Made by a program: the position numbers and the translations under genes
In this document: positions 23,846-37,328 of the stretch, piece by piece
How the letters are laid out: each line of letters begins with the position of its first letter
How positions within the stretch are numbered: position 1 is the stretch's first letter
Notes under the pieces: generated by a model
Seen by the model: only the letters and a program-made list of their open reading frames with translations
Told to the model about the DNA's origin: nothing
Database searches by the model: none
Assembly: GCF_018977255.1 (NCBI RefSeq)
Contig: NW_024704742.1
Location: 34,288,001-34,352,000 of the forward strand
DNA: 64,000 nucleotides
Source: Callorhinchus milii
Lineage: Eukaryota
Direction: 5' to 3'

Positions 23846-25384
23846 TACAAAAAATACAATACTTGGCAGTCATTTCTGTAAAGTGCTTTAGGTCATTTTG
23901 AGATGATAAGGCATTGTAAAAGTGCAAGTTATTTCTCTCACACTGAAATAACCACCATTATTTAGAACATCTTTACTATCTCCTGTCAGCACTGCCCAGC
24001 TCTTCCTGACTCAACCTCCAGACCACAAAGTAGAACATGTCCAATAATTCAAGAACCAGTCTACCAGTAACAGACCCACTAGACCACAGGATCCTTGGTA
24101 TGTAATATCTTCTGGTTCTTAAGAGCAGGCTGCCTAAAGGAGACATATGGAAGTAGCCTCCTGAGACCCAACTAAAAGGACCCTTGTAAAAGTTTTTATT
24201 TTACTGACAGAACAATAATTATCAATAAGTGCACTTTCTGCTGTGAACAATAGGTTTCTTTCTTTTTAAAAGCTTGTCTCATTGCATTGTTCGAACTTAA
24301 ACTGCTTCAAAAACCTACTATAATCACATGCAGATGATGAAAATTTGTCCAGCGGTGCCTTTATGGTGAACTGCAGATGAGGGCAAAGGAGGAAAAATTT
24401 GTAAAAATAAAATTACCTTGACAGTAAAGAACAAGGGTCAAAAGCAAAGTAAAGTCCCTGCTTTCAGCAGTAATTGAAACAGTATGAACTGTCATCAATA
24501 TAGTATTTTTACACTTGAGAACAATACACACTGAGAACTCCTGCTGTGTTTAATTTGATTACAACCAAACCAAATGTGCTGTACGTCTGGCAATTAATTA
24601 GGGTAGAAAATAACATGTCTCTTAACCTTTTAAAGTAATAATTGTACAAGTCAATCACACGGCAAGAAAAGTATTGCCCATTGAATAGAAAACTAGGGAT
24701 GATTAAGAAATAAACATTCCAAGCTGATTTTGTACTATTATGAGACATCAGGATGTGAGTAGTTTTTTATTTAGTAAACTGTGGCTTCACTCTTAGGCTT
24801 TCTCCTTTGACCTGCTCCCTTCACCAAGGTTTCTTTACAGTCACATCATTTCATTATAGACCTGAAAATCTACATTATTTCAAACTTAAGTCAAATGCCT
24901 TAAAATTCGGATAAATAAGGAAATTTGGAAAACAGTTTTAAATGCAATGTTTCTGAACCTGTTTTTCCACAGTTAAAAATAATAATAATAATAATAAACT
25001 TTGCACTTGATATGGTGCTTTTCATGCCAGGAGGAGTCTCAAAGCGGTTCATAGGATTTACTGTAAAGTGTAGTGACTGCTTTTTGCGAGTGAAAGCAGT
25101 AGTCCATTCTCACAAACAATGTCCCCAAAATATCTTTATAAGCCAAGGACATTCTTAGGAACGCAAATTCCGAAAATATAATAAATATCACTAAGTAGCA
25201 TATCAAAGGTCTCCTTTATTTACTCCTTCAATTCAGAACACAAATGCATTACTGGAGAAGTGACTTGTGAGACAAAAGAAAAATCAAAGTATTCAGATGA
25301 CATTGTAAACCAGGAAACCTTAGGCTGAGCAATTTACAGCATTATCTAAAAGCTGTACAAACACTTCCAGCACACTTATTGGAA

Positions 25385-25688
25385 ATTAATATTAGGAATC
25401 TGTTCACACAGAGGGTTGTTAGGATGTGGAACATCCTGCCAGGTACAGTGATTGAGGTAGAATTCATATTAATTTTCCAAAAGAAACCAGATAGCAATCT
25501 AAAATGGAGAAATTTGCAGGAATGCAGGGAATAGGCAGCTAAACAGGGCTGAATGTATTGCCGTGTCCAAGAGCGAGTACAGACACACTGGACCAAATAC
25601 AATTTATATTTATATACTTTCACATTGGGAGGACATATCAAAGCTTTCTTCTGTGCTATAAATTTCCATGGTTCTATAGTTCTATGAT
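25385..25688 (+). mobile_element. CR1 LINE 3' end
   Basis: Translates FTQRVVRMWNILPGTVIE (CR1 ORF2 C-terminus). Tail ttccatggttctatagttctatga. Confidence 0.85.
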
Positions 25689-26081
25689 ATAATTGTCATT
25701 GAGACACTTACCCTTTTTGAAGCAAATATATTTTTAAGTTTAGCTTTATACAGACAGAACCTATATGTTGGTTGCTTCAATTTTAAAGCTAAACGTATCC
25801 TGTGGAAGCTCCACATATTCTAGCTCAATCCTACATATTCAAGCCCAATCATCCAAGATATTTAAAACTCTGCTTTTAATTTTAGAACAGAAAGACATTT
25901 AGCAAATAGTCTTAATTCAGAAGTTCCACAGTTCTTTTTTTTTCTCATCTAGGACATCAACAGAAACACAATGAAAAANTTCAAATATTTTCAAAAATAT
26001 AATAACAATAATTTTTGCATCTGATATATTGCCTTTCACATAAAGTGAACATCTCAAAGTACTTCACTGCATTCTTTGTAG

Positions 26082-26682
26082 CAATTCACCTCTGAGTCAG
26101 AAGGTTGTGGGTTCAAGTCCCACCTCGGGACTTTGAACTCACATCGTCTAAGCCAGTGGTGACCAACCTTTATGGTCAGCCAACAAAATAAATTTTCTTC
26201 ATTGAATCAACAAAAAACTGAAAACACACTACCATTCGAACACAAGTTACCTAGACTTGTGTGAAGGGCGGGGGCTTTTTGATAGCCCTGTGGGACACTT
26301 CAGGCCCACAGACCACAGGTTATCCATCATTGGTCTAAACTATTGTGCCGGGGGTGTGCTGCACTGTTGGAGGTGGCGTCCTTCGAATGAGACGTAAAAC
26401 CGAGGTCCTGTTTGCCTGTTTAATTGGATATTAAAGATCTCTTGGCACTATTCGAAAAGGGAAGTGAGTTTCTCCCAAAGGCCTGGACAACAAACCCCCA
26501 AATTAGAATGGTCATTCACTTCATAGTTATTTGTGGGACATTGCTTTGTCCAAATTAGCTACTGGGTTTCACCTACAAAATGCAGTCACTGTACTTTACA
26601 GTATATCCTGTGAAGCACTTTGAAACTTCCTCCCAACCTGAAAGACACTGTACGAAATGTAAAGATTATTATTATTTATTAT
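26082..26682 (+). mobile_element. SINE family B carrying a nested MITE
   Basis: cctctgagtcagaaggttgtgggttcaagtcccac head. The body resumes after 26340 and ends in an (att)n tail. Confidence 0.88.
26154..26332. mobile_element. hAT (Charlie-like) MITE
   Basis: Imperfect TIRs cagtggtgaccaacct / aggttatccatcattg. 8-bp TSD gtctaagc (26146-26153) and gtctaaac (26333-26340). Confidence 0.8.
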
Positions 26683-27475
26683 TCTATTTTGTAGTCCAGT
26701 GTCCATTGAGTTACTTTATGCTTATCTGACAACAATTCCAAATTGAAATTATTTGAAAGAAAAGCAGACAGAACGTCTATATGCTGGTTACCTCACATTA
26801 AAAAGATGCAGTTACGAAAACTTTGATGCTGTTAATAAAAAAGGAACATTTTCTTCTTAGAGAAACAATATTCTCTTTGTATTTATCTAAAGCAAGAGGG
26901 TCTGTTACTTATCACAGCTTGTCATGAAGCTTAAGGTACCCCTAAGTTGGTTAAATAAGGCGATAGCGGTGGAAGTAAAATAAAATTGCCTGCCATTTAT
27001 CATATAGGTGTGCAGAAATACCATTGGAAATAATGGTTATATTTCCATGGGTTTGGCATCAGAAACTATCTATAAATAATCCTGTTGGACTAAAAATTAC
27101 AAATATGTTCAATTTTTCTTGTTGAAAACTTACTGCAGGGTTATAAATAGTCTGTGTCATGGCCAGCTGTGTGATGATAAATATCTTTACTATTAAGACT
27201 AACAATAACCCACTTGTGATTATCAGGTTCGCCTCACCTAGGGACATATTTATCATATTGCACTGCTGCTATTCATGACATTTCCTGTCTTTACTAATAG
27301 GATCACATAAATTTAATTTTATATTCCATTCACTCTCTTCACCACCAGGAAGGTGTAATGGTTTGAGCTACAGACTTCTCTACAGCCACTTCCATTGTAT
27401 CCCAATCTCGGCTGAAAGGAATAAGGCATGCAGACGGGAACAAATGTTTTCCATTCTGGACTGTTCTCCATCTAT

Positions 27476-27620
27476 GGGCAGAAATTCCACCTGGGTCTAG
27501 AATTATTCTATTTAAGAAGCATCTTAAAGTGTCCAGAAGTAATACTGAATTCAATAATTTGCTGACTTCTGATTTCTGTGAAATGCTAAGAAAACAGAGT
27601 AAATCTAGACCAAGGTGGAA
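27476..27620. mobile_element. Shorter copy of the fold-back MITE at 1223-1480
   Basis: ttccacctgggtctagaattattct mirrors agagtaaatctagaccaaggtggaa. The same terminal sequence is in the 1223 copy. Confidence 0.7.
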
Positions 27621-27694
27621 GGCCGATAAATGTATTTGAATATTAAATTAGGGGAGGGAGTAATTATGTATCTTTACCACACAAGGAATAATGC

Positions 27695-27880
27695 TAATAA
27701 TAATAACAATCAAAGCATTTAATATAGCATCTTATCATGGTTTTGAAATGCCTGAAAATGTTTCACAGGATTTACTGCAAAGTGCTGTATTTTGTAGGCG
27801 AATGCAACAGACAATTTATTCAGAGCAATGTTCCACAAACCAGCCATGTAGTAGTGAATGATCAATTTTATCTCAAAGAT
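27695..27880 (-). mobile_element. SINE family B 3' half
   Basis: taataataata...ttcacaggatttactgcaaagtg...agcaatgttccacaaaccagccatg. Confidence 0.8.
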
Positions 27881-28393
27881 TGTTGTCCATGAGCATGATA
27901 CATATACAAATAATACATGTATATTCCCTGGTACCTCAAGGTAATCAGCTAAAAATCCTGAATCTTCACCCATCCCTAATCTTCTCCAGTTAAACCTGTC
28001 TTTGCCGGCAGCATCTCCTTCCCTCAAGCCGGGTAACATAGAAATCACTATTTCCCGTAATGTCTTTGTCCAGCTCGATTTTCCCACATCCTCAGCTGCT
28101 TCAAAATTGCTCCAAAGCAGGTATTAATTGGGCTTTTTTTAAGGAGCTAACTAATTTAACAAAAACTACCACAATAACCTTTCCAGTTGTAAGCGTGTGA
28201 AGGTGGCTTGTCTTGTACTTTATAATTCACCGAACTAATGTATTACACTTCTGTAGATTCACATTTCTCACTGTTCTTTAAATCAAATAAAATATTCTTT
28301 GTAAATATTAGTAATTTCTTTTGAGGTCGAGTCATTCTCCCAGTTGTCCTGGTTTGTATTCCAATGTTAATCCAAATCTACCCCCAAATTCAA

Positions 28394-28740
28394 TAACAAA
28401 ATTACATTTGTATAGCGCCTTTCACAATGGGAAGACGTCCCAAGGCGCTGGACAGTCAGTGTTTCGAGCTGGGGATCGCATTCGGGGAGGATGGAGGGCA
28501 GCGGGAGAAACAGGGTAATTGATAGGACGGTCAAAGAGGAGGGTTTTGAGATGGGTATTGAAGGAGGCAAGGGAGGGGGTGAGGCAGAGGGACTGTGGGA
28601 TGGAGTTCCAGAGGGTGGGGGCAGAGGGCAAAAGGCCCGCCCGCCAATGGTGGGGCGGGAGAGGTGGGGGACCCGAAGCAGGTCAGAGCCACTGGTGCCT
28701 ATTTGGTGCCTGTAGGTGTTTGTTCTTTTGGAATTAAATT
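28394..28740 (-). mobile_element. 5'-truncated L2 with a 40-bp non-L2 filler at its 5' junction
   Basis: Minus-strand ORF PTLWNSIPQSL...FNTHLKTLLFD (L2 ORF2 C-terminus) plus tail. TSD aaattcaa at 28386-28393 and 28741-28748. Confidence 0.88.
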
Positions 28741-30344
28741 AAATTCAAATGAATCAACCGCTCATCTCAGTGATGTTTCTGAGTTGTCGCTAGCACAGAA
28801 TAGCTGTTGCATTTGCTTATAAAATAACCTTCACTTAATTTATAACCATTTCTAAATTTCTTTTCTTTTTATGTGTAAGGTGTATTGTGTAATAAACGAA
28901 AGTTATTATTGCTACATAGAATGAATTGACTGAACAGCAATGTAACAGGCCATTAGGCCCAACTCGTCAGTGTCAGTGTTTATACTCCACGTGGACCTCT
29001 ATCCCTCCTAATCCTATCGCACATAAGCCTTCAGTTCCCTTCTCCCTCATGCAGGCATCCTCTGCGTAAAGAAACTCTTTTACATAATATCTATGTTAAT
29101 AAGGTATGATGCAGAATTCGCCTACAAATGCACAGTACCTACACTTTTCAGTAAAAAGTCCAGTGCAGTGCTTTGAGACGACTATGGTGATTATCAGTGT
29201 GTATTTATTTAGTTAATAACATATATCTGAATGAGAAAGAAGGGCACTGGAAGCAGGCAAGGTTCTTTTAAGTTTAGAAAGAGACTTCACCGTTGCTGCA
29301 AAGTACAAGTAAAGAACTAACAAACTAGAATAAAATTCCGAATGCCACCGGACCCTACGGATACTTTGTCTCAAGAGATATTTTCACACGAATTGCCTCT
29401 ATGTATTCAGCAAATATTTTGGAAATGACTGTTTTATTTTTCTGGTTTTAGTCAGCATTCTGTAGCTTTTAGAACAGAAAGAGCTAGTGAGCTAGTCTGG
29501 TTTTCAGCATGTACAGTACAACTGTGTTTAAGCAAAAGGCACTTCTGCTGACAGAAACAGTCGTCGCTGGTGGATTGGATCAACCAAGTGTGTCGACAGA
29601 TTGTGAGGCAACACTACTAGAGACTATGGTATCTGATAACAGAGACAAAACATTGTTGGTGACTACAACAATAAAGGCGAAACACAGTCAGGTTGAACCG
29701 ACAAAATGATTGTGAAATTTAAAGGAAACGAGCATTCAGTTCTATTCCTGATCTTTCTAAAAAAAAGTAAAATCAATAAATCAATTGCTAAAATAGTAAG
29801 CTTGGGAAAAATAATAACAATGATGGTTTATCAAATAATCGTGGCGCTGTACAATCTGCAGCTTGGATATGTCCTATTTTGTGCCTGTAGGTGTTTGTTT
29901 TTTTGGAATTAATTCCATGTTTGATATAATTATTTCATGGTGTCACATTTTCATTATTAATATGATTAGGCCCCAAATTCCACTATTTTGGACCATTTTG
30001 TCTTAAAATTTAAGATGGAACATAATTTTGGGAAATGCCTCAATTGAGACTTAATTTGAACCCTTTAAAAAGGCTCTGTCTGTCTATGTATCAATATTCT
30101 ATGTTATACTGGACATAGTTTTATTACATATTTCAAGATTAACGATCTCATTCAGAATTGCAGAAAATTCTTAAATTTAGTTAATTTGGAAGCCATTTAT
30201 TTTTCATTCATAACTTATTTCAATAGTGAATAATAAACCTACTGTATTTTTTTATTAAGCATCTTTCTAATATTTACCTTTTTATAATTGTATTAGTTAC
30301 ATTAAAACATGCTGCTATTGTAATAGTCATACTAACTTTTGGAA

Positions 30345-30748
30345 TATAATAATCCTTACATTTGATATAGAGCCTTGTATCTTCAAACACTTCATGGATT
30401 CGATGTAGAATGTAGTGACTGTATTATATAGGTAGGTGCAGCAGCCAATTTGCACACAGCAATCTCCTCAAACAGAATTGAATGACCAATTTTATCTGGG
30501 CCAGGATACCAAGAGAAATTCCTTTTTCATCAAATAGTGCTATCTGATCTTTAACTTCCACCTGAGCAAGTAGATTGGACCTTATTTTGACATTTCTTCC
30601 AAAGGATGGCATATCTGGCAATGCAGCTCTCCTCAAACACAACATTGGAGCGTCAGGCTTGATTACAAATTCAACGTCCTGACTTGGGGCTTGAACCTAC
30701 AACCTTTTGATTCAGAGGTGAAGTGCTACCAGGTGAGCCAGGCTGACA
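30345..30748 (-). mobile_element. SINE family B, near full length
   Basis: Ends cttgaacctacaaccttttgattcagagg...gtgctaccaggtgagcc (reverse complement of the head). Confidence 0.85.
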
Positions 30749-33700
30749 TTTACTGACCCTACAAGCTATCAATTTACCTGCCTCCATGTTTCTGAACTTA
30801 GTATTTTGCATATTTGGATGCAAATATATTTTTCATTAGATAGAATTATACAATGTTACTGCATAGAAACAGCCCACCCAGCCCAGATCGTCTGTGCTGG
30901 TGTTTTTCTCCAAAGTCTAATCCCACTCTTCTGCTCACTCCCCGTATTCCTCCTATGCAAGCATCTATTTGATTTCCATGTTAATCCATTTCAGCTCTTT
31001 GGGACGTTCTCCTGATGTGAAAGGCTCTGGTTAAATGAAATTTGTTGTTCTTGTTTTTATGGAACTCTGCTTCAACCAATGGTAGTTCTAACCACCCTCT
31101 GTGTTGACTGTTTTCTGACCACCCTTTTAATTCTTTTTTGAATGCCTTAAGTGTGTCCTTACTGACCTGAGTATGTCATGCATTAGTTTTTTTTAAAAAA
31201 AGTGCAAATAAAATGTTGTGTATTTGCAATTTGTGTGGTTAGAATAAAATAAAATAAAACAGAGCAATTAAAACAAATTTGAATACAGGGCAGGATGCTC
31301 TTGTTAACGATAATTTTTTTTACAAGTTTTAGTTTATTATCAGTCATGTAGATTTAGCCATAAAATATGTTTAAAATGCCCATCTGTGTTTAGAATAAGT
31401 TCAAGATTGTTTAAAGATAATATTTATATCTGAATATCCGAAGCATAATATTCACAACACTCGAGCGCTCAGATTTGCATTTAAAATCACCCAGTAATAC
31501 AAATTGTGAATCATGTACTTAAGAATTCACCTTTATTATACCTTAACAAAGCAGATTTTCAGTGAAATAAATAGGAAAATATTTTGAGCCTTTATTTAAT
31601 GAGCCTTTACTCATGAAAATGTATCGATTTTGAAAGGAGTAAATATAAAAATAAAACACTAATGATCTAGAAAGCATTAGGGCAAGACGATTAGGATAAT
31701 CACAGAACGTTGTCACAATAATAAGGGTCAGAGTTCAGAGCTTAGTCAGCACTGATCAATAATATTCAGGTTAGACATTTGGGTTAAATCTGCAGAAGGC
31801 ACCAATTCTCCCATCAAGTGTGTAAGACATTCATTTTAGAGTATATTTTGGTGTGGTTGCTCAATGTTCGGAAGCAATTTTCATTTCCAAAAGGCGAGTT
31901 TTCAAATCAAAAAGACAATGGCAAAACAAGATTTGGGTTTGAAGCCAAAATTGCAAGTTGTTGGTTATTCATTTGCATAACAGATATAATGTGTAAATTT
32001 ACTCCACCTTACAAAAGGCAATCATGTAAGGAAATGTATTAAGAGCTATCACTCAAGTTGCTGCACATTTAATCAGTGAAATACTAATACTTCTCTTTAT
32101 CTTCAATTTAATTACTTACAAAGCACAGAGAAATAGGCCGAAAGCAATAGGTTATGTTTTGCAATTTCAAAAACAAGGATGATGAGAGTCTTCCGTTCTT
32201 TTTATCAATGTTCAACAATATTCACAAGCGCTTGTCAGGCTTGTGATTTCTCTCTTCTCTGGCCCCAGGATCGCTGTACAACGAGCATGGATCGAGGGCG
32301 CTCATACCAAGTTTAATTTCACTCACAAGTAGAGTTGACAAAAGATCACAAGCACTAAGCCCTGGAATTACCCTATATATTGCCCTCTGTGCTCTGCAAA
32401 TGAAATCCAACAGAAGACCCTTTGGAAAGGAAGAACAAGATGGTTAACACAGAGAAATCCATTTTGCACAGAGCAGGGTTGGTACAGAAGTGTTTTGACT
32501 GACAGATGGATCTGCCTTTTCCTAGATGAGAAAAGTCAGATGCTTAGCATTACATTCTCTCATGCCCTTGATTGACTACCAGGTCAGATAAGAAATTAAG
32601 ACCAGTGAAATCAGAACCAGACCGCACCTGTCCCCAATGCAGCCAGAAAAGAACTGAAATAAAGCACTTATGAAACTGCTGTGATCATAACCTTCAAACC
32701 CTGAACTCCCCCAGCTGTCTGATTCCCCAACCAAATCTCCACTATACTCGCAGCAGAAGCCAACAGTCGAAATATAATATAATTTTTTTTAGGTTGTTGC
32801 GGCTGTTGCTTGATACGTAAACTCCCATTTTAACAACAGAACATCCCAAAATAACCCAGGAGACAGCTACCAAAGTTAGATCTGATTAAGCAGTCCTAAA
32901 TTAAAGGAGGGTTTATCCACATCTACATGCTTGATCAGGCAAAGGTGATAATCTACAATAAAAAAACAAAGCTAGGAACAGTATTAGAAACATCTTAACA
33001 TGCATTCTTGACACAGCTCCTACTGGTTAGGCTGAGATAAAACTGGCACGAGGGGATCTTTGATGCATCAGTTGTTAAATAGGAAAGGACAATGTCATAG
33101 GTTTGTTAGCTTTATTTATTTGTTGCTAATATTAGCTTGATTGCACTAAGAAATGCCCTTTCCCAATTGTTTTGAAGGTGACAGATTTGGATAATTTATA
33201 TTGCTATCTTGTTACTCATATAGGATACAACCCTGTAAGTAGTGCAGTTACTGGTGCCTGCATGTTAAAATCTGCAAACATATAAAGTTTGGGTGTATTA
33301 TTCCACTCAGGTATATAATGAGATATAACACAAATGACCTTATGTTCAGAAGAAGAAAACAGACATGCAGATTCCTAACTCAACATACAGTGGGTTTTGA
33401 GCTGAATTACTGATCCGAGCTCTACATTACCTATCAGTATTTACAGTAATGCAGCATTATGTTTTCACTGAATATTGTTTCTTCCAACTTGCAACACATA
33501 TATTTTGTTATAACTGTGACATTTGGAGCTGCAGAGGTTCACACATATTTTCCTTGTCAGCCGTGTTTTCCTTTTAAATTGCTGCAACTTTCACTCAATA
33601 TCTGACTAGGACCATTATTGTTTTCCATTCCAATTAAGTGCTGTGAGACATCCTCTGAACATGAAAGGTGTTGTATAAATGTAAATTGTATTATATTGTA

Positions 33701-35256
33701 ATGTGTCAGATGAGAAAGTCCCCCAGATTTCTCCTGCTGGTTCGGTGTAGTTAGTAAAAGTAAACTCTGCTCAGATTTATGTTCAATGCTAACTTGCTGT
33801 GAATGTTGGTCACTAGCAGTATAGAAATTGATGCCGTGTTGTGTGGCCGAATGAATTTTCACTCTTTGCCTGCTTGAAAATATCACTCAAACTGAATAAC
33901 AAAAACCTGTATATTGGTTAAAGTGTAAATTCATAAAATATTTCAGCCCATTTCAATCAGTATTTTGACGTGTTAATGCAGTTAAATTATTATCTCAGCA
34001 TTGTATTTGCAGGCAGATAAATTAAAATACTGTATATCCAATAAATCAGCCAAGAAAGAAACATAGTATCTCTTTAAATGCACAGGACAAATGCTTTGAT
34101 CCAATTTTATTAGAAGACCCAAGAATTTTTTAAAAACATTATAAACCTGATGATGTAATAATACTCATTAAAAAGATTATTATTCTAAAATTCGAGTAAG
34201 AAACTTATTTCATTTGTTCCTTACACCTTGTTATTATAGTACAATCTGTGTTACATGATATATATAGAATGAAATGTGGGTTGACAGATCTGCACATAAC
34301 TAGTTTTTTAGTAATTTACACAAAATATGGAAATAGGTTTGCTCTTATCAAAATGATCCAAATGCATATTTTCTATCAATCGAAACGATCTACCAAATTT
34401 AACATTGAGTACATTCTTATCATTCTCTCCTTGCCAGCATAAACAGTCAGCTATTTAATTGCAGCACATATCAAACTTCAAAGCAATATTTGTTCACCGC
34501 TGAAAGTAATAACACTGATTAACTTCATATGCAGTGTTTGGTACCTGGCTTTAGTATTAACGGAGAGCTGATTACAGATATTTTAAACGCTGAAAAAAAA
34601 CATATTTTATTGGGAAATTAAACCATTGCATTTTATTCTAGTTTGCTATGGTAACTCATCCTGTATTTGACGTAATGGAAGACAAATGATTCAAATTATC
34701 TTTTTTTTCTAATCATGTTTCATTTCTGGTTATGGGATCCTACGGTAACCACTATTCAACCAAAATGGTAAAGTGTATTTCATGTGCAGTATACAAAATA
34801 TCATGTAATTCCAGTACCAAATATAACACACTAGTAATGGCAATTGTACCACAATAACATTCTTTCATCCCAGAATCTTATCTGATATGAAGAATTATAA
34901 AAGTTCTGTACGTTTTTAAAGGCAATATAACAATTTGCTATTCACATCCACAATTTTCATAAGCTTTCATGCAAGTTATATTGTTTACTTTACAACGGTC
35001 ACGATTGTCTGCTTTAAAACAGTTTTACTGTATTACCATTGTGTGATAAAATATCATTACAAAGCAGAATGGTCAAAGATACATATTTAAGGTTAAATCC
35101 ATTGTATTTCCACCCAGAACAGTCGACTATCTAAAGACATTAATGCTTTATTAAGAATCTCCAAATGTTAATATAATAATAACCTTTGCATCTGATTTAG
35201 CGCCTTATGTTGTCCAAATGTCTCAAAGTACTTTGGCTGTGTACTGGCAAGTAAAA

Positions 35257-35598
35257 TGTAGCTCAGTGGTTAGAGCATTCACTTTGCAAGTGAGGATCTG
35301 GGTTCGATTCCTGGCAGGGCGAAATGTTGGGCATGCTTCCTTATTCCATATGCCTCTGCTCCTCTAGCAGTAAGTAGGAACCTAGTTGTTAGTCGATTGG
35401 TGGATCACTTTTCTGAGGTAATAATCCCTCAAAAAAAAATTTGATCACTTAATCCAAGAATGTTTGTCGGATACTGCTGTGCACAATTGGCTGTTGTGTT
35501 TCGCTCATAAACATACAGTCCATACACTTTACAGTATATTCTGTGAAGCACTTTGAGACTTCTAGAAGACATGATATCAAATACAAGGATTATTATTA
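35257..35598 (+). mobile_element. SINE family A, full length
   Basis: tgtagctcagtggttagagc...gggttcgattcc head, body, core, caaggattattatt tail. Confidence 0.93.
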
Positions 35599-35621
35599 CT
35601 ATAAAAATCATATCACAAATA

Positions 35622-35732
35622 CAGGGTGACCAAAAAGCCGTGATACGATTACAAAGTCTAATAAGTCTTAAAGAAATTATGATTTTTGTTTTTAGATTAT
35701 AGGGTGAATATCACAACTTTTTAGTCACCCTG
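35622..35732. mobile_element. Tc1/mariner-type MITE, 111 bp
   Basis: TIRs cagggtgaccaaaaagccgtgata / tatcacaactttttagtcaccctg, flanked by TA on both sides (35620-35621, 35733-35734). Confidence 0.88.
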
Positions 35733-36934
35733 TAAATTAGAAGCATACGGTAACTGCACAATTTTTATAAAATACTCAACTACGAGTCAACACTTCTTGC
35801 AGTTGGAAACTACTGATTCATCTGCTTCTTCTGAATACTAAAGTCAAATCTTAGGTGTTTTTTAATAATGATAATCCTTGCATTTGATATAGCACCTTAT
35901 CACGTAATTGTTCAGCACCCTGGGATGTTTTTCTGACGTCAAGGGCACTATACAAGTGTAATTTGTTGCTGCTGTTGTTGTTGTAATTGTATTCTGCTAT
36001 TCCTTCAGCAATATCTGCAGTTATCTTAGTTCTATCGTAAAAAAGTAGAGTTTTGGACCTTAACAATTACTGTACAACTGGACAGTTATCACTGTACCAA
36101 AAGTATTACTGATCTGAGCCTTCTAAAATAAAATAATTATAATCCTTTGACATCTTCCTGATGTGAAAGGTGCTATACAAATGTAACTTGATGTTGTTGT
36201 TGTATTTGATATTGCACCTTTCACATCGGGAGAATATCTCAATGCATTACACACTGAGTAGTTTAACTCAGTAACTCACTGGCCGACTGTGGCTTCATAA
36301 TTAAATTTTCCATAAATCCAAGACTCCAAAAAGCAAATTCTAGACTTCAGGGATGTAGAGGTTAAAACTACGGTTATTTTAGGAGGTTAGTTAAAAGGGC
36401 ACTATCATCACAAGGAGCAAAGCTTTGCCCAGGTGCAGCTGAGTAAAGCTGCTGGGTCAGAAACGCCACTTAAACTCAATCAAAATTTGAGGTCAACACA
36501 AAAGACACTTCTTTTTTCAGAGATGTGTTCTGTGCACCACACCAAATAAAATATTTTTGGGGGACTGGATCTGAAAAAATAAACCACAATGGTATCTTTC
36601 TTGTGTTCACAACAGCTGCTCTGCAATTCCTTCAGGAGTAGCTGGTTTTTTTCAACAAATATTACATTCATCTGGATGAAAATTAGTATTGCTGGGAGCT
36701 CATAGAAAGCCTCCGAATACCACAATCATCATTTCTGTTAATGTGTGCTCTTGTTTAAGATTTTGTAGAGTGGCATTTCGCACAACACAAGTTTAGTTTG
36801 GATGAAGAAAGTTTGAGGCCCATCTAATCTCATCCTTCCAGTATCCTTTCTCACCCCCCCGTCCTCCCATTGCTACATCACAGCATCAAGCTGTTCAGGA
36901 TCTTTTTATGGGGTACCAGCCTAATTCAGGTTGA

Positions 36935-37328
36935 AGTAGCACTCTCGATTGTGGGTTCAAGTCTCGTGATGGAACTCAAAGTCTAGGTTATGCTACAATA
37001 CAAGGTTGGGGGAGCTCTCTATTGTCGGGGGTTCTGTTCGTCAGATGAGACTTTAAACCAAGGTCTCATCTGCCTGATTAGGTGGACATTAAAAATCCAT
37101 GGCACTGATCAAAAAAAGAGGGGATTTTCTCCCGGAGTCTTGGCAAACAATCCCCAAATAAAATTGATCATTCACTTCATGGTTGTTTGTGGGACATTGC
37201 TTTGTACAAATTGATTACTGCACCTCCTTTCATCCAATCATTACACTTTGCAGTATAATTCTGTGAAGCGCTTTGAGATGGCTCAACAATGCGATAAGGT
37301 ACTATATCAAATGCAAGTTTATTATTGT
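36935..37328 (+). mobile_element. SINE family B
   Basis: tagcactctc...gtgggttcaagtc head, tcagatgagactttaaacc body, gggacattgc core, caaatgcaagtttattatt tail. Confidence 0.85.

Noticed and set aside
33869..33907. V(D)J recombination signal (nonamer acaaaaacc)
   Set aside because: No CACAGTG heptamer at 12 or 23 spacing. The heptamers I checked elsewhere lack nonamers, and no V, D or J segments are visible.
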